DNA of 64,000 nucleotides from positions 23,250,001 through 23,314,000 of the forward strand of contig OX597838.1 of assembly GCA_951406725.2 (NCBI GenBank), given 5' to 3'. The notes under the pieces are model-generated. The model saw only the letters and a program-made list of their open reading frames with translations. It made no database searches and was not told the origin of the DNA. Below are positions 25,902-36,550 of this stretch, one piece after another. The position numbers and the translations under genes are program-made. Position 1 is the first letter of the stretch, and every line of letters starts with the position of its first letter. Source of the DNA: Octopus vulgaris. Its lineage: Eukaryota.

Positions 25902-28900
25902 GAAAAATACAAACTGGGACAAGAACGTAAAACATTTAGAAGACGATACAAAAAAACGGACGGGACATTCGAAGCCTTCAATCTTCAGTCAAGAACCGGA
26001 TCATCCTCGCAATTTCGGCTGATTATATATATATTGTTTATTTATTTATTGCCCACAGGAGGCTAAACATAGAGGGGACAAACAAGGACAAAGAGATTAA
26101 GTCAATTACATTGACCCCAGTGCGTAACTGGTACTTATTTAATCGACCCCGATGGGATGAAAGGCTAAGTCGACCTCAGTGGAATTTGAACTCAGAACAT
26201 AGCAACAGACGAAATACCGCTAAGCATTTCACCCAGCATGCTAACAATTCTGCCAGTTCGCCTTTATATTATTATTATTATTATTACTATTATTAAGGTG
26301 GTGAGATCACAGAATTGTTAACATGCCGGGCAAAACACTTACCATTTCATACGTCTTTGTTTTGGGTTCAAATTCTACTAAGGTCAACTTTGCCTTTCAT
26401 CCTTTCAGGGTCAATAAGTTAAGTACCAGTGAAATGCTGGAGTTGATGTAATCAACTGGTCCCCTCCCTTAAAATTTCAGACCTTGTGCCTTTAGTAAAA
26501 AAGATTATTGTTGTTATTATTATCATTATTGAGTGAGAGAGCAGTGCATGCCATCAAAGTGACACTGGAGTAAAATATACGAAGCCCAGTATACCCATCA
26601 TGATAACCTGTCTGATAAGGGTACACCAGGCACATGCATCACAACCATATGTGCGCAACATGGTGATCTCATATCAAGATAAACAGCACATGACCTTGCA
26701 GGGGAGGCCCAGTTAGAATTTTCTTCTGATCGAGTAGCCTATCCCACTCAAAAGGGCCTTGAATAAGAGTTGTTTAAGGTGGTTGAACGAAGCAGCCATG
26801 TTTCCAAAGGTGAATTATCCAAACTGCAAAGAATTCCTTTCAAACACATGGCTATGATGCTCCCCCACTACTTCTGCTCGTGATCAGAGATGCACATATC
26901 GTCAGCCAAAAGGGACATGCTCAACTGGTTACGGTCAAACAACTGACAAGCAAATCTGTGGTATTGGGCAGAATATTTACTGTAGCCCATCTTTTTATAC
27001 CAAGACAAAACAATGTACATGATAACACTTCCAATCAGTTAAGATCAGAAGCCACGAGAGTCACTGCCTGGTACTGCATCAGGGCATTTATTATATTTAT
27101 TATTATTATTATATTTATTATTATTATTATTTTTATTATTATTATTATTATTGTCATTTTTATTGTTGTTGTTGTTATCATCAGCTTAGTCTTAGCTTTT
27201 TAATCTTTCTTTTCTTGTCGTTCATGCCTCACACTAATATATGTGCAATTGTTATTCTATTCAGTGTATCATGCTGCACTTGTGCAACTATTACCACATT
27301 CAGATGCATCTGGCATCTTGCACCTGTAAAGCTTTTATTATATATGATTTGAGTTACCGTGTATAAGTGTAATGACTGAATGGACTGGGTCGGGGTGTAT
27401 ACTGTTCCCACACACCTGGGACAATGCTTGGTGTTATACCATGGGTTACTGCCCCACCCCCGTGTCTGGGATACCACTGATATTCATACCCAGTAGTGTT
27501 GCCCCTGAATGTGGGACATTGCTGCTTTTACACAACAGTATATTGCACCCTGTATCTGGAATGGTACTGCTATTCTACATGCATGCAACTTTGACCCACA
27601 TCTAATAAAATGTCCATCCAACCGATTAACATTGAGTCACCCTCAACCTCTCTCGCCCATAGACAAGCTGCCTTGTCACTCTGCCTTTTTAACCACCTCC
27701 GCCTCTGTTTCTCTCTTTCTCTCTCTCTCCACTACTACCCTGTTACAACTCTATATCTGTTTATTCCATCATGCTACACTCTCAGAGTGGTTGGCATTAG
27801 GAAGGGCATCCAGCTGTAGAAACTCTGCTAGATCAAGATTGGAGCCTGGTGCAGCCATCTGGTTCACCAGTCCTCAGTCAAATCGTGAGGGAACAACAAG
27901 CATGTGGTATTAGTTTGACGCTCTGGAAAAATGAAAGAGTCTTCAACATTTTGAGCCTATGCTCTTCAACAGAAAAGGATAAGAGAGAAAAAAATCAGAA
28001 AGAAACAAAAATAGTGTCGAGATTAACAGTTGCACATGTTGAAATGACCCTAAAGAAGAGACCAATGGGAAGGGAGGTAATTGTGTGTCTGTTTGTGTGT
28101 ACATGTCCCCCCCCCCTCACTGCTTGACAACTGGTATTGGTTTGTTTATGTCCCAGTAATTTAGCAGTTCAGCAAAAAAAAATAAACAGAAGGTGCAGGA
28201 GTGGCTGTGTGGTAAGTAGCTTGCTTACCAACCACATGGTTCCGGGTTCAGTCCCACTGTGTGGCACCTTGGGCAAGTGTCTTCTACTATAACCTCGGGC
28301 CGACCAAAGCCTTATGAGTAGATTTGGTAGATGGAAACTGAAAAAAGCCCGTCATATATATGTATATATATATGTATTTTTGTGTATATGCTTGACAACC
28401 GATGGTGGTGTGTTTGCATCCCCGTAACTTAGCGGTTCGGCAAATGAGACAGATAGAATAAGCACTAGGCTTACAAAGAATAAGTCCTCGGGTCGATTTG
28501 CTCGACTAAAGGCAGTGCTCCAGCATAGCCGCATTCAAATGACTGAAACAAAAGAATAAAAAAGAATTGGCACCAGGCTTGGGAAAATAATTTCTGGGGT
28601 CAATTTGTGAAACTAAAAACCCTTCAAGACAGTGCCCCAGCATGGCTGCAGTCCAGTGTCTGACACGAGTAAAAGAGAACATCAAGCCCTAATGTATTAC
28701 TGGTATATACATGTGTTTTACGTGCCAGAAAAAGATGAAAATCAGCATTGCTTGTGGCAAAAGCAGAACTCTGAGCCATGGGCCTGCCAGAGATAGACAA
28801 TATCAGTAACAACAACAACATGAATAATGATAGCGATACTTTGTCACATTGACTGTGTAACATGAATATGGAGAGAAGATATGGAATCGGGTGAATTGAC

Positions 28901-31218
28901 GTAGTGTATGACTGGTATTCATATGTACATGTGTGTCTGTATGCATATGTGTGTTTATTTCTCTTTTGTCTTTAGCTTGTTTCAGGCAGTTGAATGTGGC
29001 CATGCTGGGGCACCACCCTCAAGGGTTTTAGTCAAACAGATCGAGCCGAGTGCTTTTTTTGTTTTGAAGTCTGATAGTTAAGCTATTGGTCTCTTTTGGC
29101 AAACTGCTAAGTCGCAGGGACATAAACAAACCAACATCAGTTGTCAAGCAGCTAGAGGGGACAAGCAAGTATTGGATGTGATTATACACCGCTAGTCACA
29201 GTGCACTTGCTCGCATTGTTGTAGCCTTTAGATGATGCCAATCTGCTTGTTAGGTGGGCAGGGCTACAGTCCATGTAAACGAGATACCAGCCCATTGCAG
29301 GGTCACCCATTTACAGCTGACTTGACAGAAGCAACATGAAATGAGTGTCTTGCGATCGTGAGTGCGACACCCTAACCACTAGGCTACGTCTTTACACACA
29401 CACATTTATAAATAGGTTTCAACACAGTTTCCATCTACCAGATTCATTTGAGGTTTTGGGTTGTCCTGGAGCTATAGTAGAAAACACTTTCCCAAGGTGC
29501 CACACAGTAAGATTGAACCTGAAACCAGACAGTTGTAAAATGAGCTCCTTGACCATTCAGCCACATAAAAAGGGGGAAAAGGGTAAAGACCCCCTTCAGT
29601 TATGAATAACCATGGGATTGCGCCTAGAAAGTTACCCTCTGAGGCACAAGTCTGAGCAAGGTTGTTTGTGGAAGGCTAGCAGTTGCCCATGCATACCAGC
29701 TTCCACTCTCCACGCTGTTATATGTACAGAGAGTAAAAGCCCCTTCTATCATAAATGACCAAGGGATTGAACCTAGAAAGTTACCCTCCGAGGCACAAGT
29801 CCGGGCAAGGTTGTTTATGGAAGACCAGCAATCGCCCATGCATACCAGCCTCTTCTCTCCACACCACTGATGTTACCCAAGGGAAAGGCAAAGGCTGATA
29901 CAGCTTGGCACCATTGATGTCACAACTCACTTCTATAGATGAATGAACTGGAGCAATGTGAAATAAAGTGTCTTGCTCAAGAACACAACATGCAGCCCTG
30001 TCTTGGAATCGAACTCAATACCTCATGATTTTGAGCAAGACACTCTAACCACTGTACCATTATGCACCTATTATACATCTGCATAGTGATTCTCTCATCG
30101 CTTCTTGTCATTTAGTTCCTGGTCAGCCCCAGCTGAGCAGACCTATCTTATATCTATGATCAGTAGCTTTCCCAATATGACCGTCCCACCTATTTTATGT
30201 GCAAGGATTCGAAGAACCCAAATATTTTTCCCAAACTGCCCTTTTTTCTAAGGTATAGGAATGTGATTTGAAGGAGATTTCTAGCAATTTAACCCTTTCG
30301 TTACCATATCTCTTTTGAGATGCTCTGAATTTCTTTCAATGAATTTAAAATATAACAAAGAATTTAGTAAAATAATTTAGTCATCATTAAGCAAGTGTTA
30401 GGAACAGAAATTGTGACTAAGGTTTGGGGGAAGATTTTAATTCAAAACCTATGGAAACAAGACATTTGTACTACAGAACCAGAGCTGGTTTCAGCCGGGT
30501 TGGTATCAAAAGGGTTGAAAATATCATGGTGACGTTAACCCTTTTGTTACCATATTTCTATTGAGATGTCTGTGTTTCTTTAAATTAATTTTAAATACAA
30601 CAAAGAATTTAGTAAAAGAACTTAGGTATCATTAAGCTAGTGTTAGGAACATAAATTGTGACTAAGATTTGGTGGAAGATTTTAATTCAAAACCTATGGA
30701 AACAAGTCATTTGTACTCAGAGCCAGAACCAGTTTCAGCTGGGTTGGTATCAAAAGGGTTGAAAATATCAAAATATCATGGTGATGTTAACCCTTTTGTT
30801 ACCATATTTCTGTTGAGATGCTCTGTGTTTCTTTCCATTAATTTTAAATATAACAAAGAATTTAGTAAAATAACTTAGTTATCATTCAGCTAGTGTTAGG
30901 AGCATTAATTGTGATTAAGGTTTGGTGGAACATTTTAATTCAAAATCTATGGAAACAAGACATTTGTACTACAGAGCCTGAGGCGATTTCAGCTGGGCTG
31001 GTATCGAAAGGGTTAAACCAGCAACCACATAGAAGCATGGGGAAGCCTATGTTTTACTGAAGGGGTCTATTATGACCAAAATATATCCAGAGTTATATTC
31101 GAGTGTTATATATTTACATGCGTGTGTGTGTGTGTATTTATAGGTGTGTATATGTATATTGATGTATGTGTGTGCTGTGTTTGTTTTTTTTTTTACACTC
31201 ACTGCTTATTTCTTCTTT

Positions 31219-31275
<57 letters not shown>

Positions 31276-32611
31276 GACACACTCTCTTGCGCTTTCACAA
31301 GCTGCTACTTTCTCCCTATTCCTCCTCTTCCTTTTCCCCACCTTGCTTCTCTTTGTGCCTTAACTCCCCCACCCTTTGCAACACCCTTTCTCTCTGAGAA
31401 TGATACCCACTCACCCCGCCTTCTCTTCTAGCCACTTCCCCTCCCTCACTATGAGTTATTCCAGTCCCGGTTTATCTCCTCCCACCTTCACTCTCTCCCA
31501 GTACAACCCTTCTCCCCTACAACCCCCCTCTTTAATCAGTCTCCTCCACCACCACCACTTTGCTCATGCCCCCCCCCCCGCAACCTCTCTCCCTTCCTCC
31601 CACTGCAATCATTCTTTTCTTCCCTCTACTCTCTCTTACTACTCTCTCCTCCTCTCCCCAATATTACCACTCCCTCAGTGCCTCTATTCCCCTTCTCCAA
31701 CCACTACCATCAACACCACCACCACCACCACCACTCACTCTCTTTCTCTTCTCTCTCTCTCTCTCTTTCTATTCTATCTTCTCTCTCCCTCCCCCTTCTC
31801 TCCAGTTTTCTGTCTCTCTGTCTGTCTGTCTGTCTCTGTCTTTTTTACTCTTCCATCTTCTCTTCTGCAGGTCACATTCTGGGAAGCCCTCAACAAGAGT
31901 CGGCCTTCTACCAATAATTCAAGCATTGAAGAAGAACGCTGGCTACAGAGGTAAGTTGTATTTCGGGTTCTTCGACCACGCTCCTGACAACTTCGCTCAC
32001 GAGAAGCTTGCTTGTGACAGCATACATATGTACATATATAAATATGTTCATATCTAACTTGAAAACACTTGAGGCTCTGATGAAGCAGTAAGGTGTTACT
32101 CAGGTACTCAACAATGAGTTCACTGCATCTGATAGCAGAAACAGCAGTAAGCTAATGAAGTTCATAAGATAATCAGTTATTCCTTTGTCATCTCATTTTC
32201 TTATATGTAGTGTGTGTGTGTGTATATATATGGAAGCACTCCGTCGGTTACGACGACGAGGGTTCCGGTTGATCCGATCAACGGAACAGCCTGCTCGTGA
32301 AATTAACGTGTAAGTGCTGAGCACTCCACAGACACGTGTACCCTTAACGTAGTTCTCGGGGATATTCAGCGTGACACAGAGAGTGACAAGGCCGGCCCTT
32401 TGAAATACAGGTAGAACAGAAACAGGAAGTAAGAGTGAGAGAAAGTTGTGGTGAAAGAGTACAGCAGGGATCACCACCATCCCTGCCGGAGCCTCGTGGA
32501 GCTTTAGGTGTTTTCGCTCAATAAACACTCACAACGCCTGGTCTGGGAATCGAAACCGCGATCCTATGACCGCGAGTCTGCTGCCCTAACCACTGGGCCA
32601 TTTCGCCTCCA

Positions 32612-32657
<46 letters not shown>

Positions 32658-33094
32658 TCATCATCATCATCATTTAACGTCCGCTTTCCATGCTAGCATG
32701 GGTTGGACAGTTCAACTGGGGTCTGAGGAGCCCGAAGGCTGCACCAGGCCAGTCAGATCTGGCAGTGTTTCTACAGCTGGATGCCCTTCCTAACGCCAAC
32801 CACTCCGAGAGTGTAGTGGGTGATTTTATGTGCCACCGACACAGTGCCAGACGAGACTGGCAGACGGCCACGCTCGGATGGTGTTTTTATGTGCCACCGA
32901 CACAGGTGCCAGATGAGGCTGGCGAACGGCCACGATCGGATGGTGTTTGTTATGTGCCCACAGCACGGAGGCCAGTCGATGCGGTACTGGCTACGGCCAC
33001 GTTCGGATGGTTTTCTTGTATGCCACCGGCACTGGTACCACTAAGTGGTACCACAAAGATACAAATTCCATTGATATTCATCTATTTTGATTTG

Positions 33095-33147
<53 letters not shown>

Positions 33148-35439
33148 AGGCACACGGCTTAGTGGTTAGGGGGTTGTACTCAGGATCATAAGATTGTGGT
33201 TTAGATTTTTGGACTGGGCAATGTGTTGTGTTCTTGAGCAAAACACTTCACTTCATGTTGCTCCAGTCCATCCAGCAGTCCACTAGTGGCTGAAACTTCG
33301 AAGTCACTGTCAACAACATTCATGTATAAGAATATTAAATTTGGACTCTACAAAAGTATAAAGTAGCCCATCAGAATAATGTAAAACTTTTTTATTACAA
33401 CTGAACATAAAAGCAAACAATATATATAGGCGCAGGAGTGGCTGTGTGGTAAGTAGCTTGTTTACCAACCACATGGTTCCGGGTTCAGTCCCACTGTGTG
33501 ACACCTTGGGCAAGTGTCTTCTACTATAGCCTCGGGCCGACCAATGCCTTGTGAGTGGATTTGGTAGACGGAAACTGAAAGAAGCCTGTCGTATATATGT
33601 ATGTGTGTGTGTTTGTATGTCTGTGTTTGTCCCCCTAGCATTGCTTGACAACCGATGCTGGTGTATTTATGTCCCCGTCACTTAGCGGTTCGGCAAAAGA
33701 GACCGATAGAATAAGTACTGGGCTTACAAAGAATAAGTCCCGGGGTCGATTTGCTCAACTAAAGGCGGTGCTCCAGCATGGCCGCAGTCAAATGACTGAA
33801 ACAAGTAAAAGAGTAAATGTACATACGTACATACATATAGTTTATATGTTAGAGACAGGTGTTCTCTATATAGAATACACTTTGAAGTGCTCAAGAGATT
33901 TGAACTTAAGCAGGTACATTTTTTTTCTATTAAATGTATTTTGATATACTGTGTAAATCTATTTGCCTAACTTCTCATTACATTTACTCATACACACACA
34001 CACACATATTTTTATTTTGGTTGAGTCGGTATCTTGCTGCTCTTGGTTTTGTCTGTTTTAGCAACTTGCAGTTCGAATTTTAATGAAACAATTAAATTCC
34101 AACCTGAATTTACATTTAAGAATGAAATAATTTTTCAAATTGCATTTGAGTAGGATTTGATGTGTGTAACAGATGTTTTAGTGGGTTTTAAAAAAATTTA
34201 TCGAAGATAATGTAAAATAAATTGGAAAGACTTCCGCCCATTCCCCACCCTCAAATTTTCTCCCAAATTTGTTTATTTAAAAAAAATTTTTTTTGCCAAA
34301 AAACCCCTGTTTTCGGATACGGGAGTTCTGGAAAATTGCCAAAAATCTGCATTGTGAAAAGTTCCCCCCAATTCTTCAATTTTGACTTTGAAAAAAGTAA
34401 AATATGAAGGAAATGGTGGTGGTGGGGAGGTAATTTAAAAATGCCAAATTTTGGCAATTTTTTTGCAGATTCATATTCCCTGTAGCCAAAAAGTGGGGTT
34501 TATGTCAAAAAAAAAATTTTTTTTTTAAGGGGTGGCTTTTCAGGGGAACAGGTGGAAGTCTTGCCAATAATTTTTCCTTCATCGTCATTTTTGGCTTGTG
34601 AAAGCGATTGATATCTGAGAATTCTTGAATAAATCTACAGTTATTTTTGTTTGTATCTGTATATATAAGTATGTGTATGTATGTATGTATGTATATATAT
34701 ATATACATATATACATATATATATATATATGTATGTGTATCTTTAAAGTAGTTTTTGCAAAGAATTCTTGATACATTCAGAATATTTTAAAGGAAGATTT
34801 TCTTAAGTTAAAAATTATTAATTATGTAAAAGCAATCTTGGAAAAAAATTAGAATGAAGTGAAACTTTAGGAAGGAACTTTTCATATTATGTAATTGCTT
34901 TCACTATTTATAGCTTTTCAAACACACATGTTATGGGATAATCCATTTGTTTGAAAAGTTGTAAACTATGAAAATGTTTACACAATACATAAACATCCTT
35001 CCAAAAGGTACAAAAGGTAAGCATTGTTCTGATTTTTTTTTTCTTAGATTTTATATAATTAATAATTTTTTAATTGAAGAAAATCTTTTTTCATATGTGT
35101 GTGCGCGTGTGCATGCATGCATGCTCATGACTTATAATGCATATGTACATGTATTTTTCAAGAGCCATTGCCGAAAGTATCCGTTTGGCAAATCTCGAAG
35201 TTGACGGCGGAATCATCCGGACAAACTGCCCCGAGCCGTTGCCATCGTCCACGCCGACAGTAACGCCCCTGGTGACTCCCAGCTCCGACGAAGACGACCA
35301 ACTGAGGATAGCCATGGAAATGTCACAGAAGCAACAGCAGGAGGATGAGGTTCGACGGAAAGCCGAGGAAGAGGTGCGGCAGAAAGCCGAGAAGGAAGAG
35401 CTTGATCGCATCCTGCAGCTATCACTAACCGAGAAATAA
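3087..35439 (+). CDS. ANKRD13: ANKRD13-family protein (13B/13D-like), 5'-partial; join(3087..3222,5729..5853,11025..11070,12463..12516,13181..13270,15572..15755,17089..17155,18006..18164,20159..20441,22542..22700,24853..24956,31871..31950,35163..35439)
   Basis: 13 exons with GT-AG boundaries and consistent phases give 1764 nt (587 aa plus stop). Recognisable motifs: [92 protein letters not shown], and C-terminal ILQLSLTEK. The start exon is not in the window. Confidence 0.95.
3701..3750 (+). pseudogene. Degenerate duplicate of the ANKRD13 5729 exon start (pseudo-exon)
   Basis: cag|TTCTTCATGAAatgACaGGCACAaGaaACCC versus cag|TTCTTCATGAAgcaACtGGCACAgGggACCC; reads [14 protein letters not shown]. 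Confidence 0.7.
4097..4528 (+). mobile_element. tRNA-headed SINE with hammerhead-containing (Penelope-like) tail; tail present twice
   Basis: A box ggcatagtggttaag and B box gagttcaatt; CTGATGA-ggctg/cagtc at 4238 and CTGATGG-ggctgg/ccagcc-GAAA at 4439-4470; homologues at 19295-19480 (-) and 19564-19857 (+). Confidence 0.62.
4971..5216. mobile_element. piggyBac-type MITE (family 1) with TTAA target-site duplication
   Basis: TTAA-ccctttcattac...gtaacgaaaggg-TTAA, inserted at the TTAA of a SINE tail (gacatg TTAA...TTAA atgatgatg); partial copy at 2771-2890. Confidence 0.8.
5729..5853 (+). CDS. ANKRD13: ANKRD13 exon
   Basis: ttccag|TT...GAA|gtaagt; [42 protein letters not shown]. Confidence 0.93.
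6543..6763. mobile_element. Mariner-type MITE
   Basis: TIRs gggtgtgttggaaagttcctggcttt / aaagccaggaacttttcaacaccacctcg with TA ends; relatives at about 47275, 56420 and 58397-58600. Confidence 0.65.
6800..7330 (+). mobile_element. Highly decayed CR1/L2-type LINE 3' fragment
   Basis: Frameshifted remnants resembling LTLxKAQ.R...S.I / LLD...RKA..LI / LFYxYYxGxCSxEL. Confidence 0.45.
8681..9046 (+). mobile_element. Helentron-associated (HINE/DINE-like) non-autonomous element
   Basis: ttatctccgcc...(gttt)n...ccttggcagagg subterminal IR with 3' hairpin gtgctctctgagtgcac; shorter copy at about 19972-20103. Confidence 0.55.
9810..10019 (-). mobile_element. Restriction-like endonuclease fragment of an R4/Dong-like LINE
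   Basis: [15 protein letters not shown] [frameshift] CLVIDPSCP...[10 protein letters not shown]; related fragment [21 protein letters not shown] at about 8597-8680. Confidence 0.65.
10076..10356 (-). mobile_element. 3' end of an R4/Dong-clade (RLE) non-LTR retrotransposon in a (TAA)n tract
   Basis: Minus strand encodes [31 protein letters not shown] (typical R4-clade C-terminus), followed by a 3'UTR running into (TAA)n; TAA repeats on both sides. Confidence 0.7.
10811..10992 (-). mobile_element. Second, shorter 3'UTR-only copy of the same R4/Dong-like element
   Basis: High similarity to 10076-10250; (TAA)n on both flanks. Confidence 0.7.
11025..11070 (+). CDS. ANKRD13: ANKRD13 exon (46 bp)
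   Basis: ttacag|TCC...TGGG|gtaagt; [15 protein letters not shown]. Confidence 0.93.
12463..12516 (+). CDS. ANKRD13: ANKRD13 exon (54 bp)
   Basis: aattag|TT...AGTG|gtaagt; [18 protein letters not shown]. Confidence 0.92.
13181..13270 (+). CDS. ANKRD13: ANKRD13 exon
   Basis: tttcag|GC...AGAT|gtaagc; [30 protein letters not shown]. Confidence 0.93.
14040..14320. repeat. Minisatellite, about 45-bp unit, about 6 copies
   Basis: ctcaaatccatayaagatttttagggtccacannagcaaaataaatt repeated. Confidence 0.9.
15572..15755 (+). CDS. ANKRD13: ANKRD13 exon
   Basis: acacag|GT...GAAAG|gtacgt; [19 protein letters not shown]...[25 protein letters not shown]. Confidence 0.9.
17089..17155 (+). CDS. ANKRD13: ANKRD13 exon
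   Basis: caacag|G...AAG|gtaaga; [22 protein letters not shown]. Confidence 0.93.
18006..18164 (+). CDS. ANKRD13: ANKRD13 exon
   Basis: ttttag|GTT...GGT|gtaagt; [25 protein letters not shown]...GATNG. Confidence 0.92.
19564..19857 (+). mobile_element. Second copy of the tRNA-head/hammerhead-tail SINE
   Basis: Collinear with 4097-4345; CTGATGA at 19752. Confidence 0.62.
20159..20441 (+). CDS. ANKRD13: ANKRD13 exon
   Basis: ctacag|CCA...ATTG|gtaaac; [19 protein letters not shown]...[27 protein letters not shown]...LPAGFPVKI. An in-frame alternative acceptor at 20171 is possible. Confidence 0.9.
21062..21385. mobile_element. Fold-back insertion, probable Penelope-like remnant with inverted pLTR
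   Basis: 125-bp near-perfect arms at 21119-21243 and 21261-21385, 17-nt spacer, one-sided extension, (TA)n on both flanks. Confidence 0.7.
21202..21251 (-). ncRNA. Variant minimal hammerhead (G3:C8 core)
   Basis: tttgtca GTGAACA g gtcac-[loop]-gcgac GAAA ATAT TT tgacaaa; 7-bp stem I, palindromic ATAT. Confidence 0.5.
21738..22172 (-). mobile_element. Non-autonomous retroposon family D with internal tandem units and (GAT)n tail
   Basis: gtgccggtggcacgtaaaaagcacc units, then ggcattaggaagggcatccagc...ggacgctaaacgatgatg; copies at 32656-33097 (-), 18880-19270 (-), 13765-14040, 7548-7720, 16580-16833 and 59435-59593. Confidence 0.75.
22542..22700 (+). CDS. ANKRD13: ANKRD13 exon
   Basis: attcag|AA...GGTG|gtgagt; [19 protein letters not shown]...[10 protein letters not shown]. 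Confidence 0.92.
23131..23358. mobile_element. piggyBac-type MITE family 2
   Basis: TTAAcccttta...taaagagTTAA; empty-site paralogue at 18801-18880; tandem partial copies at about 61405-61906. Confidence 0.75.
24097..24458 (-). mobile_element. RTE-clade LINE 3' fragment
   Basis: [27 protein letters not shown]...[16 protein letters not shown], with stop codons. Confidence 0.75.
24520..24750 (+). mobile_element. tRNA-derived SINE family A with target-site duplication
   Basis: A box gagctggcagaa, B box gagttcaaattcc, core ctttgcctttcatcctttcgggg; 16-bp TSD ggtattgtga(c/a)taatg at 24502 and 24751; near-identical copies at 17533-17762 and 60242-60475. Confidence 0.85.
24853..24956 (+). CDS. ANKRD13: ANKRD13 exon (UIM1)
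   Basis: atgcag|GT...CAG|gtaaat; [35 protein letters not shown]. Confidence 0.92.
26531..27086. mobile_element. Unclassified interspersed repeat bounded by (TTA)n
   Basis: Homologous to 11352-12228, where it is split by a SINE B insertion; shares a segment with 9510-9690 and 47960-48120. Confidence 0.6.
30289..31016. mobile_element. Tandem triplet of piggyBac-type MITE family 1
   Basis: Three ~228-bp units starting TTAA-cccttt at 30289, 30535 and 30787. Confidence 0.82.
31871..31950 (+). CDS. ANKRD13: ANKRD13 exon
   Basis: ctgcag|GTC...CAGAG|gtaagt; [27 protein letters not shown]. Confidence 0.92.
32073..32153 (+). ncRNA. Degenerate hammerhead motif
   Basis: ggct CTGATGA agc...gca GAAA cagcag TA agct; stem I intact, stem II and loop III palindrome decayed. 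Confidence 0.42.
32231..32611 (-). mobile_element. tRNA-derived SINE family C, CpG-rich young copy
   Basis: tggcccagtggttaggg A box and ggtttcgattccc B box; older copy at about 23655-23980 (+). Confidence 0.75.
33429..33816 (+). mobile_element. tRNA-derived SINE family B (CORE-like segment, internal TA/TG microsatellite)
   Basis: ggcgcaggagtggctgtgtggtaag...gggttcagtccc...ccttgggcaagtg...gaaacaagtaaaagag; copies at about 6115-6480, 11740-12107, 28192-28565, 39285-39670, 41745-42172 and 60958-61400 (+), and 120-338, 16220-16435, 20480-20843, 52811-52969 and 55552-55882 (-). Confidence 0.85.
35163..35439 (+). CDS. ANKRD13: ANKRD13 last coding exon (UIM2 second half, UIM3, UIM4)
   Basis: ttcaag|A GCC ATT...; AIAESIRL...[16 protein letters not shown]...[16 protein letters not shown]. 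Confidence 0.93.
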
Positions 35440-35534
35440 ACCAGCTCAGCATCACTATCATTGCTATTGCTATCATTATTATTACTATTATTATTATTAT
35501 TATTACTATTATTATTATTATTACTACTACTATA

Positions 35535-36513
35535 GGGTGTGGTTGGCAGAATTGTTTGAACATGGGGGTAAAATATTGCCTTGCAGCATTTCTTTTGGAT
35601 CTTTACATTCTGGGTTCATATCTCAACAAGGTCAACTTTGCCTTTCACCCCTCCAGGGGTTGATAAAATGAAGTACCAGTCAAGTACTGGGGGCCGATGT
35701 AATCAAGTAACCCCCTCCTCGCAAAATTGCTGGTCTTGTGCCCAAATTAGAAACAGTTGTTGTTGTTGTTAGTATTATTATTATTGTTATTATTATTATT
35801 ATTATTATAATACCTAAGGTGGTGAGCTGGCAGAATCGTTAGCATACTGGACGAAATGCTTAGCGGTATTTCACCCGCCACTACATTCTGAGTTCAAATT
35901 CCGCCGAGGTCGACTTTGCCTTTCATCCTTTCCGGGTCGATAAATTAAGTACCAGTGAAACACTGGGGTCGATGTAATCGAGAAGTCCCTTCCCCCAAAG
36001 TTGCTGCCCTTGTGGCAATATTTGAAACCATTATTATTATTATTATTATTATTATTTATTATTATTATTTATTATTACTGAGGCGGCGAACTGGCAGAAT
36101 TCTTAGCACGCTGGACGAAATGCTAAGCAGTATTTCACCTGTCTCTTTACATTCTGAGTTCAAATTCCATCGAGGTCGACTTTGCCCTTCATCCTTTCAG
36201 GGTTGATAAAATAAGTACCAGTTGAAGATTGGGGTCGAAGTAATCGACTAGCCCCACCCCCCATCTCAGGCCTTGTGCCTATAGTAGCAAGGATGATGAT
36301 TATTATTATTATTATTATTATCATTATTAAGGCGGTGAACTGGCAGAATCGTTAACGTACTGGGAAAAATGCTAAGCAGCATTTTGTCCATCTTTATACA
36401 TTCTATGTTCAAAATCAGGGTCGATAAAATAAGTACCAGTTGCATACTGGGGGTCGATGTAATTGACTTACACCCTGTCCCAAACTTGCTGGCCTTGTGC
36501 CAAAATTTAAAAC

Positions 36514-36550
<37 letters not shown>

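Noticed and set aside
25306-27373. Extra ANKRD13 exons near 25411 and 27264
   Set aside because: Acceptor-like sites but no suitable donor or family similarity; exons 24956 and 31871 already join in frame.
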